A stretch of 64,000 bases of DNA, from assembly GCF_964204645.1 (NCBI RefSeq), contig NC_134029.1, forward strand, positions 7,218,850-7,282,849. The letters are read 5' to 3'. The position numbers and the translations under genes are program-made. The notes under the pieces are model-generated. The model worked only from the letters and a program-made list of their open reading frames with translations, did not search any database and was not told the origin of the DNA. This document shows positions 38,050 through 49,454 of the stretch, one piece after another. Source of the DNA: Tubulanus polymorphus. Taxonomy: Eukaryota > Animalia > Nemertea. Positions within the stretch are counted from its first letter, which is position 1; each line of letters starts with the position of its first letter.

Positions 38050-41000
38050 TTACGTCCTTTTCGAACGCTTTTTCGCCGATGCCGATCCACGCCAATTCGG
38101 ATGGGCTCGTTCGATATGTTTTTTCAAGCCGATTTCCGTGTCGAATTCTTTGCGACACCGACGACATTCGAGTTCGTGTTGCATTTCATTACTCGAGTCA
38201 CTGTCGACGACAGCGGCGACAGCGCCGTTGCGCACGCGATCGACCTCGCCGCTCGGCAACACAACAATGTGATCGTCAAATTGCTTTCGCGCGCGTCGTC
38301 GACGCGAGTATTTCTCGTAGTCACGAACTTTATGCACGATCAACAAGTGATTGCGCAACGTGCGCTCGACGACGAAACTGACTCCGCACTCGGGACAATC
38401 AATCGACTCTTCCTCGGCCCGATGTTCGGCGACGTGGTCCTCATACGCGCCTTTGTTTCGGCTCGTAAACGAACAGCTAGAACATTGATACAACTCACCA
38501 TCATCATCATCATCATCATCGTCGTCATCATCATCGTCTGAACTACTCTCCTCACTTTCCTCCTCTTCGGCATCATTCTCGACGGATTTCGAACGTTTTA
38601 TAGCAATTTCAGGCAGAAGATGAGAAGATAGTTTACGTTTATTGTTATTATCATAACGTCGAGTGGACTCAACTTTTGCCACTTCTGGCACGGCAACGTC
38701 GGATTTACTTTCAGCCAATTGAGTTTTCACCACTTCCGATGCGGATTTAGGTTCAGCCGATGAAGTAGCTGAAGAAGGGACCACGACTTCGTCGGGAAAT
38801 CGAGAATAGTCGATTTTAGCGCGCGGAATCTTGTGGAAATTGATGATGTGCTTTTCGAGATAGTCTCGGCGATGGAACGCCTTATAAACTTGACAATCGC
38901 GACAAATATAGCACACGTATTTGAATAATGAACTCGTATGCGATTTCTTACTGTGGATTAGCATGAGTTCCTTCGTGTCGAACACCATCGAGCACCGCGG
39001 ACAAATATGTTTCTCGGGGACAGGGGGCTCGGTGGGCGTCTTTTCACTAGTGTCGAACATATCGTTCAATTCATTTTCGACCGTTCGTCCTTCGTTACTA
39101 TTTTCCACCTCTAACGCTTCGAAAACCGACGACTCATTCGACGACGTCGATTTCGGCAAGATCGCCACGTTCTTCTTACTATGCGCATTTTTGACGTGTT
39201 TTTCGAGGTCGCTTTTCGACACGAACGTATCGTTGCACGTTTTGCAGAAATGGATATCGAGCTCTCGCATCTGTTGGTTGGACTTGGCTTTCCAGCACGT
39301 GCGCGAATGTTCTTTTTGACTGTTCTTATCGGGGAATATGCGCGAGCACAGCAAACAGATGAAATGGCCTTGTTTTTCGTGGACTTTACGATGTTTGTAC
39401 AGACTATCTCGGTAGAAATATTTATTGAAACAAATCGGACATTCATACGGCGCGTACAAGGACTTTAATGACTCTGAAGTCGTACACGGCTTCGACGAGG
39501 AATTCCCGCTTGATCTTTTGTTCCCTTTTCCCGGCGAAGAGCCGACTGTCGCTTTTTCTATGACGCTGTTACACACAATGCCGCTACAAACTTTGATATG
39601 CGCCAGGAACTCGGCATTGTTGTGACAAGTGAAATTACACTTATCGCATCGGGTATAATGACATTTATGAACTTTAGCCAGATGATTGACGAGATCGACT
39701 TTCTTTTTGGCCAATTCCGAGCACAAGAAACACTGATACCGATACTTGCGGTATTTCATTTCGTCGGCGTAATGTTTCTGAATGTGTCCATTGAGCACGT
39801 TCGCCTTGCGAAACACGGTATTGCACATCGGGCATTTCACAATCCACGTGTGACCCTCTTCCGGGTTCAGATCGCCGTGCGTCGTCGAGAAATGCCCGAA
39901 GAAACTCTCGCGCGATTTAAACGCCATCGGACATCGGTGACACTTGAAATAGCCGTCGGCGTGTTTCGAGCGCATGTGTTTATTCGCGGCCGACTGCTCC
40001 TCGAACAGGCCGTCGCAAATGTTGCACATGTAACGAACTGTACGCGATAAATGCAAGCACTTCACTTTGATGTGATCGGCAAAGCCTTCCTTCGATATGA
40101 TGTTCAGACCGCATTCGGGACACACCTGCGGCAGTATCCGCTGATGTATACGTGTGTGAGCTTTCAAACTACACGCGCTCGGCAACGGTAACTGACAGTG
40201 AGCGCAAACGTCGTCGAGGCTCATTTTTCCGCTGCCCTGGAAATGATCGGCCAGTTCGTCGGACGTTTTAAACCTCATCGGACACTCGGGACAAAATATG
40301 TCGTCGGAAATTATATTCAAACGGTCGGTATTTTCGGCCGGTTGCGAATCGGAATTCTTCGTTTTCGACGATTCGAGAAGTTGTTTCTCTTTCGGCGCCA
40401 GCAACAAAACGTTCACCTTCAGATCGTCGTATTTCGGTGTGATACCCGTTTCGGTGTGCTCGCGCACGTGCTGAATGTGCGCGCATTTATTGTAGAAAGT
40501 TAAATTCGTGCTGCACACGTCGCAGTAGTAGCTGATTTCGACGCTCGCGCGATCCATATGCTCTTTTAGACTCGATTCGAACAGGAATGTATCGTTGCAC
40601 GACTTGCACTCGTGAACCGACGTCGGCGCGTGTATTTTATCCGCTGCAGCGATCGTCGGAACGTATTTCGGAAGCGGATTCTCGTGGCTCAGCATCGTCA
40701 CGACGGTCACTCCCCCCGAAACGAACGAGCTGTCTAATTTCTTCTTTTTCGCGTTGGTAACGCCTTTCGGAGCTTTGGTCGTCGTCGTAGGGGTGGGATT
40801 CTGCGGAGATGTAGTCGGTGGTTCCTGGTTAGATTTCGGTGGCGAATTTCCGTCCGTTTGCGGCGATACTGAGTTCAAACTAGGCGATAGTCGAACTTCA
40901 CCGGCTGTTCCACAAACGGATTTCGATACTGGCATTACGTCCGGTGTAGAAGACGTGCTCCGGCGACTGTCCGAAGATGGTCGTCTGCCGTGTCCTCCTC

Positions 41001-41928
41001 GCGGTGACATATTTCGTCCGTCATCGTACATGTCCATATGCATCGAACCGGGAATCACTGGAACCATACCGTTATTCATCGGTATCAAGTCCAGATTATG
41101 CGGGCCGAACATTCCGTTATTTACGCACATCGGACTGTTATTTCTCATATGAATCATACCCGCGGCGTGCGCGTTGTTTTGATGATTGAAGAAACCGTGA
41201 AATTGCGGCGGCGCGGCAGGTGGAAACTGCAACGGAACGCGAGACGGCGGAGGCATCATCGTCAACGGCGGACCGCGCGCTCTCGACATCGGTATCTGAT
41301 ACGTTTGGAAACATTCATTCGGCGGAATGGGAGGCGGGTGATCCCTTAACCGCGGGATAAAATGATTCATGAATCCGCGCGCGGGAAACGGATTGCGTGG
41401 AATATTCATTTGACCCGGTAATGGAACATGTGGCTGCGGGAAATGTTGCACGTGACAGTTTTCGGGTAACGGCAGGACTCCGAACGGAGGTGTGTGCTGA
41501 CGGTGATTAGATAACGGTAACTGATTGTTAGGTTGTCGTCCGGTAAATTGAGGAACTTTAAGAATCGGCGAATTGTTCGCCATGAGATTCTGTTTGATCG
41601 CGCGCGATCGCCTACGTTTTGGTTTTTGCGGCTCCGCGCGGACCAATCGCTCAAGTTTTTCCAGACTGTTCAAGTGCACGGAGGAATCGCCGGACTGATT
41701 CTGGTCATCCGGATGACTACAGAAAGTCGGTATATTCAACGGCACGTGATCTCCGGGTGGCGGCCTGTTCAGTTTGTTCGCAACCAAATCTTCGGAACGG
41801 CGGCCCTGATGAATATCCGGTTTCAAGTTGAAGTTTTCAATGTTGTTATTGTCGGATTTTTCTTTCGTGACGGTCGGTATGTCCGAAATATCATACGCCG
41901 CCATCAGATCCTGAAAACAGTCATCCAT
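38050..41928 (-). CDS. ZNF532/ZNF592/ZNF687-family multi-C2H2 zinc-finger protein, paralog A (single coding exon)
   Basis: Long ORF. Likely start MDDCFQDLMAAYDI resembles the family N-terminal FDDLLAAFDI motif and lies just after a ttctcttttcag acceptor (exon starts 41935). Family-type fingers HECKSCNDTFLFESSL..H, FYNKCA...HVREH, SACSLKAHTRIH, CPECGVSF...LRNHLLIVHKVR; poly-Asp tract. Confidence 0.9.
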   Translation of the reverse strand: MDDCFQDLMAAYDISDIPTVTKEKSDNNNIENFNLKPDIHQGRRSEDLVANKLNRPPPGDHVPLNIPTFCSHPDDQNQSGDSSVHLNSLEKLERLVRAEPQKPKRRRSRAIKQNLMANNSPILKVPQFTGRQPNNQLPLSNHRQHTPPFGVLPLPENCHVQHFPQPHVPLPGQMNIPRNPFPARGFMNHFIPRLRDHPPPIPPNECFQTYQIPMSRARGPPLTMMPPPSRVPLQFPPAAPPQFHGFFNHQNNAHAAGMIHMRNNSPMCVNNGMFGPHNLDLIPMNNGMVPVIPGSMHMDMYDDGRNMSPRGGHGRRPSSDSRRSTSSTPDVMPVSKSVCGTAGEVRLSPSLNSVSPQTDGNSPPKSNQEPPTTSPQNPTPTTTTKAPKGVTNAKKKKLDSSFVSGGVTVVTMLSHENPLPKYVPTIAAADKIHAPTSVHECKSCNDTFLFESSLKEHMDRASVEISYYCDVCSTNLTFYNKCAHIQHVREHTETGITPKYDDLKVNVLLLAPKEKQLLESSKTKNSDSQPAENTDRLNIISDDIFCPECPMRFKTSDELADHFQGSGKMSLDDVCAHCQLPLPSACSLKAHTRIHQRILPQVCPECGLNIISKEGFADHIKVKCLHLSRTVRYMCNICDGLFEEQSAANKHMRSKHADGYFKCHRCPMAFKSRESFFGHFSTTHGDLNPEEGHTWIVKCPMCNTVFRKANVLNGHIQKHYADEMKYRKYRYQCFLCSELAKKKVDLVNHLAKVHKCHYTRCDKCNFTCHNNAEFLAHIKVCSGIVCNSVIEKATVGSSPGKGNKRSSGNSSSKPCTTSESLKSLYAPYECPICFNKYFYRDSLYKHRKVHEKQGHFICLLCSRIFPDKNSQKEHSRTCWKAKSNQQMRELDIHFCKTCNDTFVSKSDLEKHVKNAHSKKNVAILPKSTSSNESSVFEALEVENSNEGRTVENELNDMFDTSEKTPTEPPVPEKHICPRCSMVFDTKELMLIHSKKSHTSSLFKYVCYICRDCQVYKAFHRRDYLEKHIINFHKIPRAKIDYSRFPDEVVVPSSATSSAEPKSASEVVKTQLAESKSDVAVPEVAKVESTRRYDNNNKRKLSSHLLPEIAIKRSKSVENDAEEEESEESSSDDDDDDDDDDDDDGELYQCSSCSFTSRNKGAYEDHVAEHRAEEESIDCPECGVSFVVERTLRNHLLIVHKVRDYEKYSRRRRARKQFDDHIVVLPSGEVDRVRNGAVAAVVDSDSSNEMQHELECRRCRKEFDTEIGLKKHIERAHPNWRGSASAKKRSKRT
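38497..38537 (-). repeat. (GAT/GAC)n coding repeat giving a poly-Asp tract in paralog A
   Basis: catcatcatc... on the + strand; DDDDDDDDDDDDD in the ORF. Confidence 0.85.
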
Positions 41929-44900
41929 CGTTATTCTGAAAAGAGAACGCATTGATAATATACATTACTATCAGTCAGTACTTGCATAGAACTGAGTTTG
42001 CATAGAACTAAGTTAGTGTAGAACTGAGTTCTATGGTACTTGTTACTGTAGACTCTGCCTTACTGGTGAACTAAAAAAAAAAAATCTACAGTAAACCTTG
42101 CCTATCTTAAGACAAACTGGGTCCAGTTAAACCAGAGTTACGGATCAGAAAATACATCAGAAAATCATAAAATGATTCTTTTTTGTGGTCCGAGTTATTC
42201 AGAAATCATAGTTGGCCATGTCGGAGGTTTATTTTACTCAATTCGATGACTTTTACAAAATTGATATGGAGAGACTTACAACAGGGTATGCGGTCGACTC
42301 TGTTAACTATGGTCAAAATGCAACACTGAGAAAGATGGAGTTTACTGTAGTTTATATGGATCTTTATCGTTCGCGTTTCGAACATTCGTCAACAGCAGAC
42401 TCAGCCAATCACCGAACAAAATGTCATCAGTCTGATTGCGTTACGACGCGAGACATCATCAATCAAATTATAACCTCCGCTCACCGATAGAAAAATAACG
42501 TCGATCAAACTTCGACTGAAGTTGCTCGAAACGAGATAAAACCGGATACCCCAGATGTACTGAGGAACTCGGCGGTAAGGTTGGATGAGTAGTGGTAAGG
42601 TTGGATGAGTAGTGACGTGAGCCACGCATAACCGACGTATTAGTCAGTTCAGATTTAGCTCCAGGGAAATATAATCATGTTTCCATGGCAACAGTTCTTC
42701 ATCACATCGACGACGACAGTACGCGATGATCGGTGGGCACTGCTGAAATTTTGATGATTCGACATCACAAGAGTTTCACCCAGGCAACCGAAAATCATTC
42801 CCGGCCAATGCATACTCGATGAGATTCGAAATACTCTCATTTCTTCCGAACGACAGCATTCTCGGTCGATGCCGTGTATATGACTAACACTTTTAAGTTG
42901 ATTGGTAATGCTTATCAGAATTCCCAGGTTCTGAAATGGATTCACCCGAATCAAACATTCAACGACTAGGTTACCCGTAAATGGTTACCCGTACGGAAAA
43001 TAATTGAAACTTTATCGAAGATAAATACGCGCAAAAAACTTTCATAATTTCTACGCACATAACATGACAATCTTAACGGTCTACCACATCGCGAAGGTGT
43101 GACATACTGCATAGTACTTACCGGAACTTACCGGCTTACGGGTTGAAGTTTTTAGTTTCGTCGCAACAGTCCGGCGAAAATTCACCGAACTTAATGCGTA
43201 AACGTACGCGACAACAGTAGATTGGAATTAAATGTATATATAGGAAATACTGCGGTGTACTGTACAACATTCAACACACAGTAAATTCTCTCACGGTTCA
43301 TAAAGTCAATGTACGCCATAAACGCATTGGTTTGTGGTTATTTGTCTGGTGGATATCCACTGTTGTTCACTATACCGAACACAATAATCACCAGGCTTAT
43401 GAATCATCGCGATAGACTGACAGTCCATTATATGCTGGAAGTACAGCGCCTGTTTACAATAGTACTTCCATTATGTCGATAGGGGCGGTAGGTAGAATAA
43501 TAACCTACACTACGCGATAACAATAGCAATAGCAATAACGACTGCTTAAACTTCGACTCGAATACTTTGTATGGAAAAAAGAGGCTCACCAAGATGGAGT
43601 ATCACGGGCCCTAAGTCCAGCATCCTAGATCTATAAACGACTTTTATCTTTATCCTTAAGGTGTAGATTTCGGAAGTTCTACGTTTAATAATCACCCGTG
43701 GTTTCCGCGGGCTTTCCACTAGTTTCAAAAATAATCCTGAACTTGGCACCAGTATCTCGTGGCGTCTGCCTGGTTCATAATAGTGAATATAACTCCTAGG
43801 TTTAACTAAGGTGAGTATCGATTCAGCCCAATGTATAAATAAGTTAAACCTGACGGACGAAAGTAGCTGACCAGTTCGAAAAAGAACTTCATGCTTAAGG
43901 CCGGTGTCATCTTCATCCTCGGGGTTAACATTTTACAAAATCATCACTAGATATGTCCAACCACAGGTTCAACTTAACGATCAGTCAACCAGACAAGTAG
44001 GCTAGGCCTGACAAAAATTCACTGAAAACCTTTTTGACACGGCATACAGTTATCACTATTGATGGACATCGTGATAGTCCCGTTGAAAGAAAGTTTGACT
44101 GAAAATATCCGAGTTGAGCAAAAATCTGGGGCAACTGGATCCGGGTCAGAATATTATTTCAAGGAAAGAATGGGACGACAAAATATTTTCAGATTGTCCA
44201 GCGAAGCGATTATTTGAGCTGACCAGATCCAGGGCTATGGCAGAGTCTACTGTATAACATAATTAATGAAAGTTTAGGTTTTTTAAAATTAGTTTTAGGT
44301 TAGGTGGTACTTTCCAGTATGATGTACCATGATCCAACAACTGGAATAACTGGAATACTTTGGCACAAAGCAGGCAGTAACAGATGTCCAACAGTAACTG
44401 TTTACTGAATAAATATTATACCAATTAGCTAGAAACCTATAGAATGAACATTCAATTGGGCCAGACTCAAATATCACCCACCGTTCATCATCGGAGCACA
44501 AAAGCCATTGGACTAGAGAATATTCGAAAAACCGGAAATCTTTTCACCGATGTTCAATCAAACGGTAGATACCGTGTCAGGCTTAACCATACAACCATAC
44601 AACAGATTCATAAAATTCTTTTATATCATTATCTTCTTACATATGCCACCGCGCCTGTTCCGTACTCGAACATAATTGGATAGCCGTTTAAAAGTAGGTC
44701 ACATTCTGTGCCACTGGTCCACATTTTCGGTTTTTAACGTACACAAAAAAAGCACAGAATTTTGCGCGGCGATGATAAAAAGAAAATTCAATGAAAAGTC
44801 ATCGTCGAAGTCAAAGCAGTCGCGTAGTACACACATATACACACAATATGCACAGAAAGTTTTCGATTTTTGCTATCATACATACCTGCTACCCGCTTAT

Positions 44901-45189
44901 TGTTTCTGATCAATACAGTACTTCACTAATATGCCTTCATATTTAGACGATACATGTACACAACACATCGATATAAACGATAAAATCTGGTCATCCTGAA
45001 ATATAGATCGTGGAGAGAATCGTTACAAATTTCGCATTCTACAAGCGATTGTCGTTCAAGTCAGATGAATAATCCGATTTACAGCTCGAAAACATTCGAA
45101 ATTTCTTCTTAGCAAGCGCAGCGAAGCATTGCTCCATTGGTTGTCCCCACAGACCCCAAACTGGGGGTGGAAGCGGGTGGTCCATATAT

Positions 45190-45631
45190 AAGGTCCCAAC
45201 AGATCAGTCATTTCTGGATATAAGGAGTTTTCAAGAAGTTTAAAAGGAGGAAATTTCATATTTCAAGGAAGCATCTGCATCGCTTTTATATCATAATTAC
45301 AGTAGACTCCACCTAAATCAGTACTGTTTATCTCGGTGAACCATCAATTCGATGGTTTCATAAGCAATGTTCTATCTTTGACACACCGATCTCAGTTTCT
45401 AATTCGGTAACCGCCTAATTGGGCATAAAAAAATCTTGGTTCCATCTGTAATGATTTAGGCGCAGTCTAATGTACAACTCGTGAAGTATCTCATCGCCTA
45501 TTTCTCAAAATTGAAGGAAGTTTAAAGGATTTTCTGGCATTTTGCTCAAATTAATGGAGTTTCAAGCTCCTTCAAAAACATCTTCCATTTAGAAGAAGTT
45601 TTTAAGGAATCAAGAAGTCGTAGGGACCCTG
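45190..45631 (-). mobile_element. Composite MITE copy 2 (inner TA-flanked CAGTAGACT...AGTCTAATG element at about 45300-45472)
   Basis: Outer end ...gtagggaccctg; inner element has Tc1/mariner-like termini; similar to 21760-22147 and 47340-47670. Confidence 0.65.
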
Positions 45632-47339
45632 ATATATTCAAATTTCCTCAAATATTTCATTGCCTCCCTCTTGTTTTTAAGAACTAATAAGATAAAACCT
45701 CAGTAAAAATGTTTTGACATACGTATCATTTATGCATTACCTTTTTTATCTAATGACATTTTTTTCAGCACATCTCCCACAATCAGTTACATAATAGCTT
45801 TTAATTATATACACTAAGGATGTCCACAAATCGTCTGTTGAGCATATGACCACTTCTGAAATTAAAAACATTTGTTATGACAGATAATCAGTTCAAGCCA
45901 ACCCAATAAATCTCATCGCCGAGACTCCATCCGTGAACCTTATTTCCAACGTTTAAACTGTCCGGTCATCCAAGAGACATTGGTAGCGAAATTTGTGACC
46001 AAAGTTACCATCATTGGAGGAAGGTAAACTGATCAGGCCCAATCCAAATCGCTTTAAGCTAATTAGAATTTTGATTTTGCTTTAACTATTATACTTCACT
46101 TACACCCATACTTGAGTGTATATAATTTGAATTCATCCTGATATCTCGTAGGCCTATATTTAACATGATTAACTTTAAACTGATTAATTCTTTTAATTTG
46201 TACATAGTGGGTTTTTATCGTATGATTAACTTCATTCGCCCCAACCTTTAACTATGCATTGAATACAGGCTCAGAGGAAAACGATACAAATGCATTGTAG
46301 CCAAAGATGCCCCATGGACAGAGGGGCTAATCGTTTATAAAGGACATTCCTCAACATAAATCAAAATGCAACGATTATTCATGGCCATGATCACAAAACA
46401 TCGTTTCTGTTAGAACACTATTTTACGCGCGCACCCAGTAGTATACTATTACGGGCATGTAGAACATAAGGTACCCACGTGGCTGGCTTAGTGTCAAGTT
46501 ACTTCAAAGCTAAGATAGTTTGACCGCACAGATACAACTACATAACCTTTTTGTGGACATAGCTATTTCAGCAAAAAAAAAATAGCTAGCCAATAAGCTT
46601 TGCGAATGTACAATGATTTATTAGGCTTCCTATAAAACATATCTACTTTACCTTACTATGATTGCAGTTGCCAATGATACCTAAATAGACCAATGGATCA
46701 GACTCGAATATGATTTGAATTTCGAGACAGCTCTCGAGTGTAAGCCATTGCAATAATGAATCATTCATATAACTACACACCTAACTAAAACACGTCATGT
46801 AACAGGATCGAGAAAGCCTCTCTTTCTCTCTCTACCTATTTCATTCAAAAATCACCCGACTTACCACAAATGAGCACATAATACGCAGAAAGAATTTTTC
46901 ACTTCAGTTCATACACCGCACATGCAGTATAGCGTATACACACAAATCTGACCTGCATGGAAACTCGGCTGGGTGAGTGTAAATAGCATGCTTCGTTCTA
47001 TTCATACGCACATCTGCCTTGTCAGAGATATATTATTCGGGCACGTCCACTACGCGCGCAGGGGTGAGTGGCAATTATTCAATATTCTCAATGAGGGACT
47101 ATTTCCTCTCCGCAGAGGGAGTATAAGGCTAGGTTCAGGGAAGAAGATGCAGCCTGATGCGGATGCTTCTCATCATTTCACTGTGTGTCAAAATAAATGA
47201 AATGGAAAGCCTACAGCAACTGGCATTTGCTATAGTTTTCTGACCAGTTTGACATAAATGTTACTAGCACCAGCAATGGTTTTTAAATTTTTTTGAAAAG
47301 CAGAAAAAACAAACAATGTTTTCATCGAGGTTTCAAATA

Positions 47340-47670
47340 TCGAGGAAGTCTTTTTTTTATATTCTTTCATATTCCAAATACCGTACTGTAGACAGCTCCT
47401 AAATCAGTACTGTTTATCTCGGTACCATTAATTTGGTCGTTTCGTAAGCAATTTCTATCTTAAACATTATCTCAACTCAAGTTTCTAATTTGACAACCCC
47501 CTAGTCCTACTAAGGTGAAAACATATCCCGATTGTAATGATTACGGCATAGTTCATTGTACAACTACAAATTAGACACAAATTTCTAATAGCCTATTTCT
47601 CAAAATTGAATTTTCTTAAGATTAAAGGAGTTTGAAGCACCTTTAAAAACAAGTGGGCATACAGTCCTGA
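47340..47670 (-). mobile_element. Composite MITE copy 3 (degenerate)
   Basis: cctaaatcagtactgtttatctcggt and gcctatttctcaaaattgaa are shared with 45190-45631; boundaries approximate. Confidence 0.6.
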
Positions 47671-49286
47671 TGAAATATTGCTTACAAATCAATCAAATTG
47701 AAGTAGACATATCTTTAGGAATGATAGGAATCCCAAACTTGGGCTAAGACTTAAAATCATGCTTTTCAAATCAATTTTAGATCGACATGTATTTGAAAAG
47801 AAACTCCTCTATATAATAAATCAGTTATTGATTTGATAGTTTCTTAAACCCTAGCTTTATTCGGATAATATTGGACAATTCAAATAAATCCTGTTAAGAG
47901 AAGATAATCCGTTCGACCCAAATTTGTAATCTTTAATTTCCACTCAAATACAAGTTCTCGCTCAACATCAGCGGCATTATAGGCCTATGGTCCAAATGCT
48001 GGGAAAATGCATATGAGCATCTAAGATTTTTCTGGGAGAGGGCCGCAGACCCGCTGTACTTCGAGCTTCCCGCTTTCGGCACTCGCTGGTGACACCTCCA
48101 AGCTTACAAAAAATTCTGCTAATCCCCTGGTTGTAGCATTCACAAATTGCTTCCGCCAACCCAGAGGTAATGATAATGATCGAGGAAATTACAGACTAGG
48201 AATAATAACAGGCTTAGGGCTTCAAATGCACGGGAAATGTTGCGAAATTAATCCCTACTATCTTTTTTCTCATGCCTCAGTACAGTCAAATGTACCATAG
48301 TAACGATAGACGTAAAGACAATCAATTTTTAATTGATAAATTCAATTAGGACTAAAATATCACGCACTTATAAATCAATCACTAACAATTTATAAATAGG
48401 TGGTGAAATAAGACGGTTTATCCACCCATAAACTTTGAGCATTTACTATTTAGGCCTAGTTTATGTTTCAATTTCAGCCCAGATAGTGTTTCCACAAGAA
48501 GTACATTATACAGACCTCATATGCTACTCGACACTTATTTCAATTCAGGGGGGAGGTGTATTTGAGGCCTAACAAATTTCTCAGCTCTAGAATGTTCACC
48601 TATCAAGTACTTCGATTTCCTATTTCAAATTCAAACCCCCTACCCTGTATGAGTTTCTGCCAGGTGCGGTAGGATAAAAAAACATTCGAAATAATAGAAA
48701 AGATGTTACATGACAAGCAGTTGATTTATTCAGGTATCCAGGCCTGGTAGCATGAGTTCCCAAGTAATTCTTCATATCAACCTCCTTTAAAACTGATGGG
48801 ATTTGTTGCGCAACTCATTAACTTCTGTGAACTAGCTAGCATGCTGAGAGAGCTTTCTGCTGCTTCACAGAAACTCTATTGTATTGCTTGTGTTTATCAT
48901 TCTGAATTTTTCAACCTTCCGTGTCCATATTTTAGGGCTATGCAAAACCCGAGCCATCCAATAGCTTTCAGACATGAATCAACTACAAATAATGCAAAAT
49001 GTTATTTTTCCACTGATTTTTATAGTCGATGTGTTCCGTTAATCCTGTACATTACTAGGCCTACCCCTCGCCTGCCAGCCATTTTCCAATAAATCAGCCC
49101 CAGGTTGAGGGTTCCTATAGCTCCCGCCTCATGTGGAATAGAGCAAAAGTGTCTAAGAAAAAATTGTAGACAAATACGTATAGGCCTAACCTATATTAGA
49201 GACACTTTTTAGAACTGACTCAGTTTCTGATATTGACTTCATTATCAGTAGACCCGTTGGCACAGAATTGCTGAGTACATGAAGAT

Positions 49287-49454
49287 ATAGTAGACAAAAA
49301 CCCACAATAAAAAGAAAAACTATCTGGTAGCTTAACGTTTCAACTCAATTCTATGAGCCATTTTCAATAACTGTTTTTGAAAATGGCTCATAGAATTGAG
49401 TTGAAACGTTAAGCCAGATAATTTTTCTTTTTATTGTGGGTTTTCGTCTACTAT
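49287..49454. repeat. Long near-perfect inverted repeat (about 80-bp arms, short loop)
   Basis: atagtagac..cccacaataaaaagaaaaa..gcttaacgtttcaactcaattctatgagccattttcaa, loop, ttgaaaatggctcatagaattgagttgaaacgttaagc..tttttctttttattgtggg..gtctactat. Confidence 0.9.

Noticed and set aside
37900-41955. Numerous plus-strand and alternative-frame ORFs of 66-213 aa over zinc-finger paralog A
   Set aside because: Expected from the GC/CpG-rich codon usage of the real gene; no independent coding signal.
41980-42612. Short tandem repeats (ttgcatagaactgagt-like x3; ggtaaggttggatgagtagt x2)
   Set aside because: Simple slippage duplications with no spacers, so not a CRISPR-like array.
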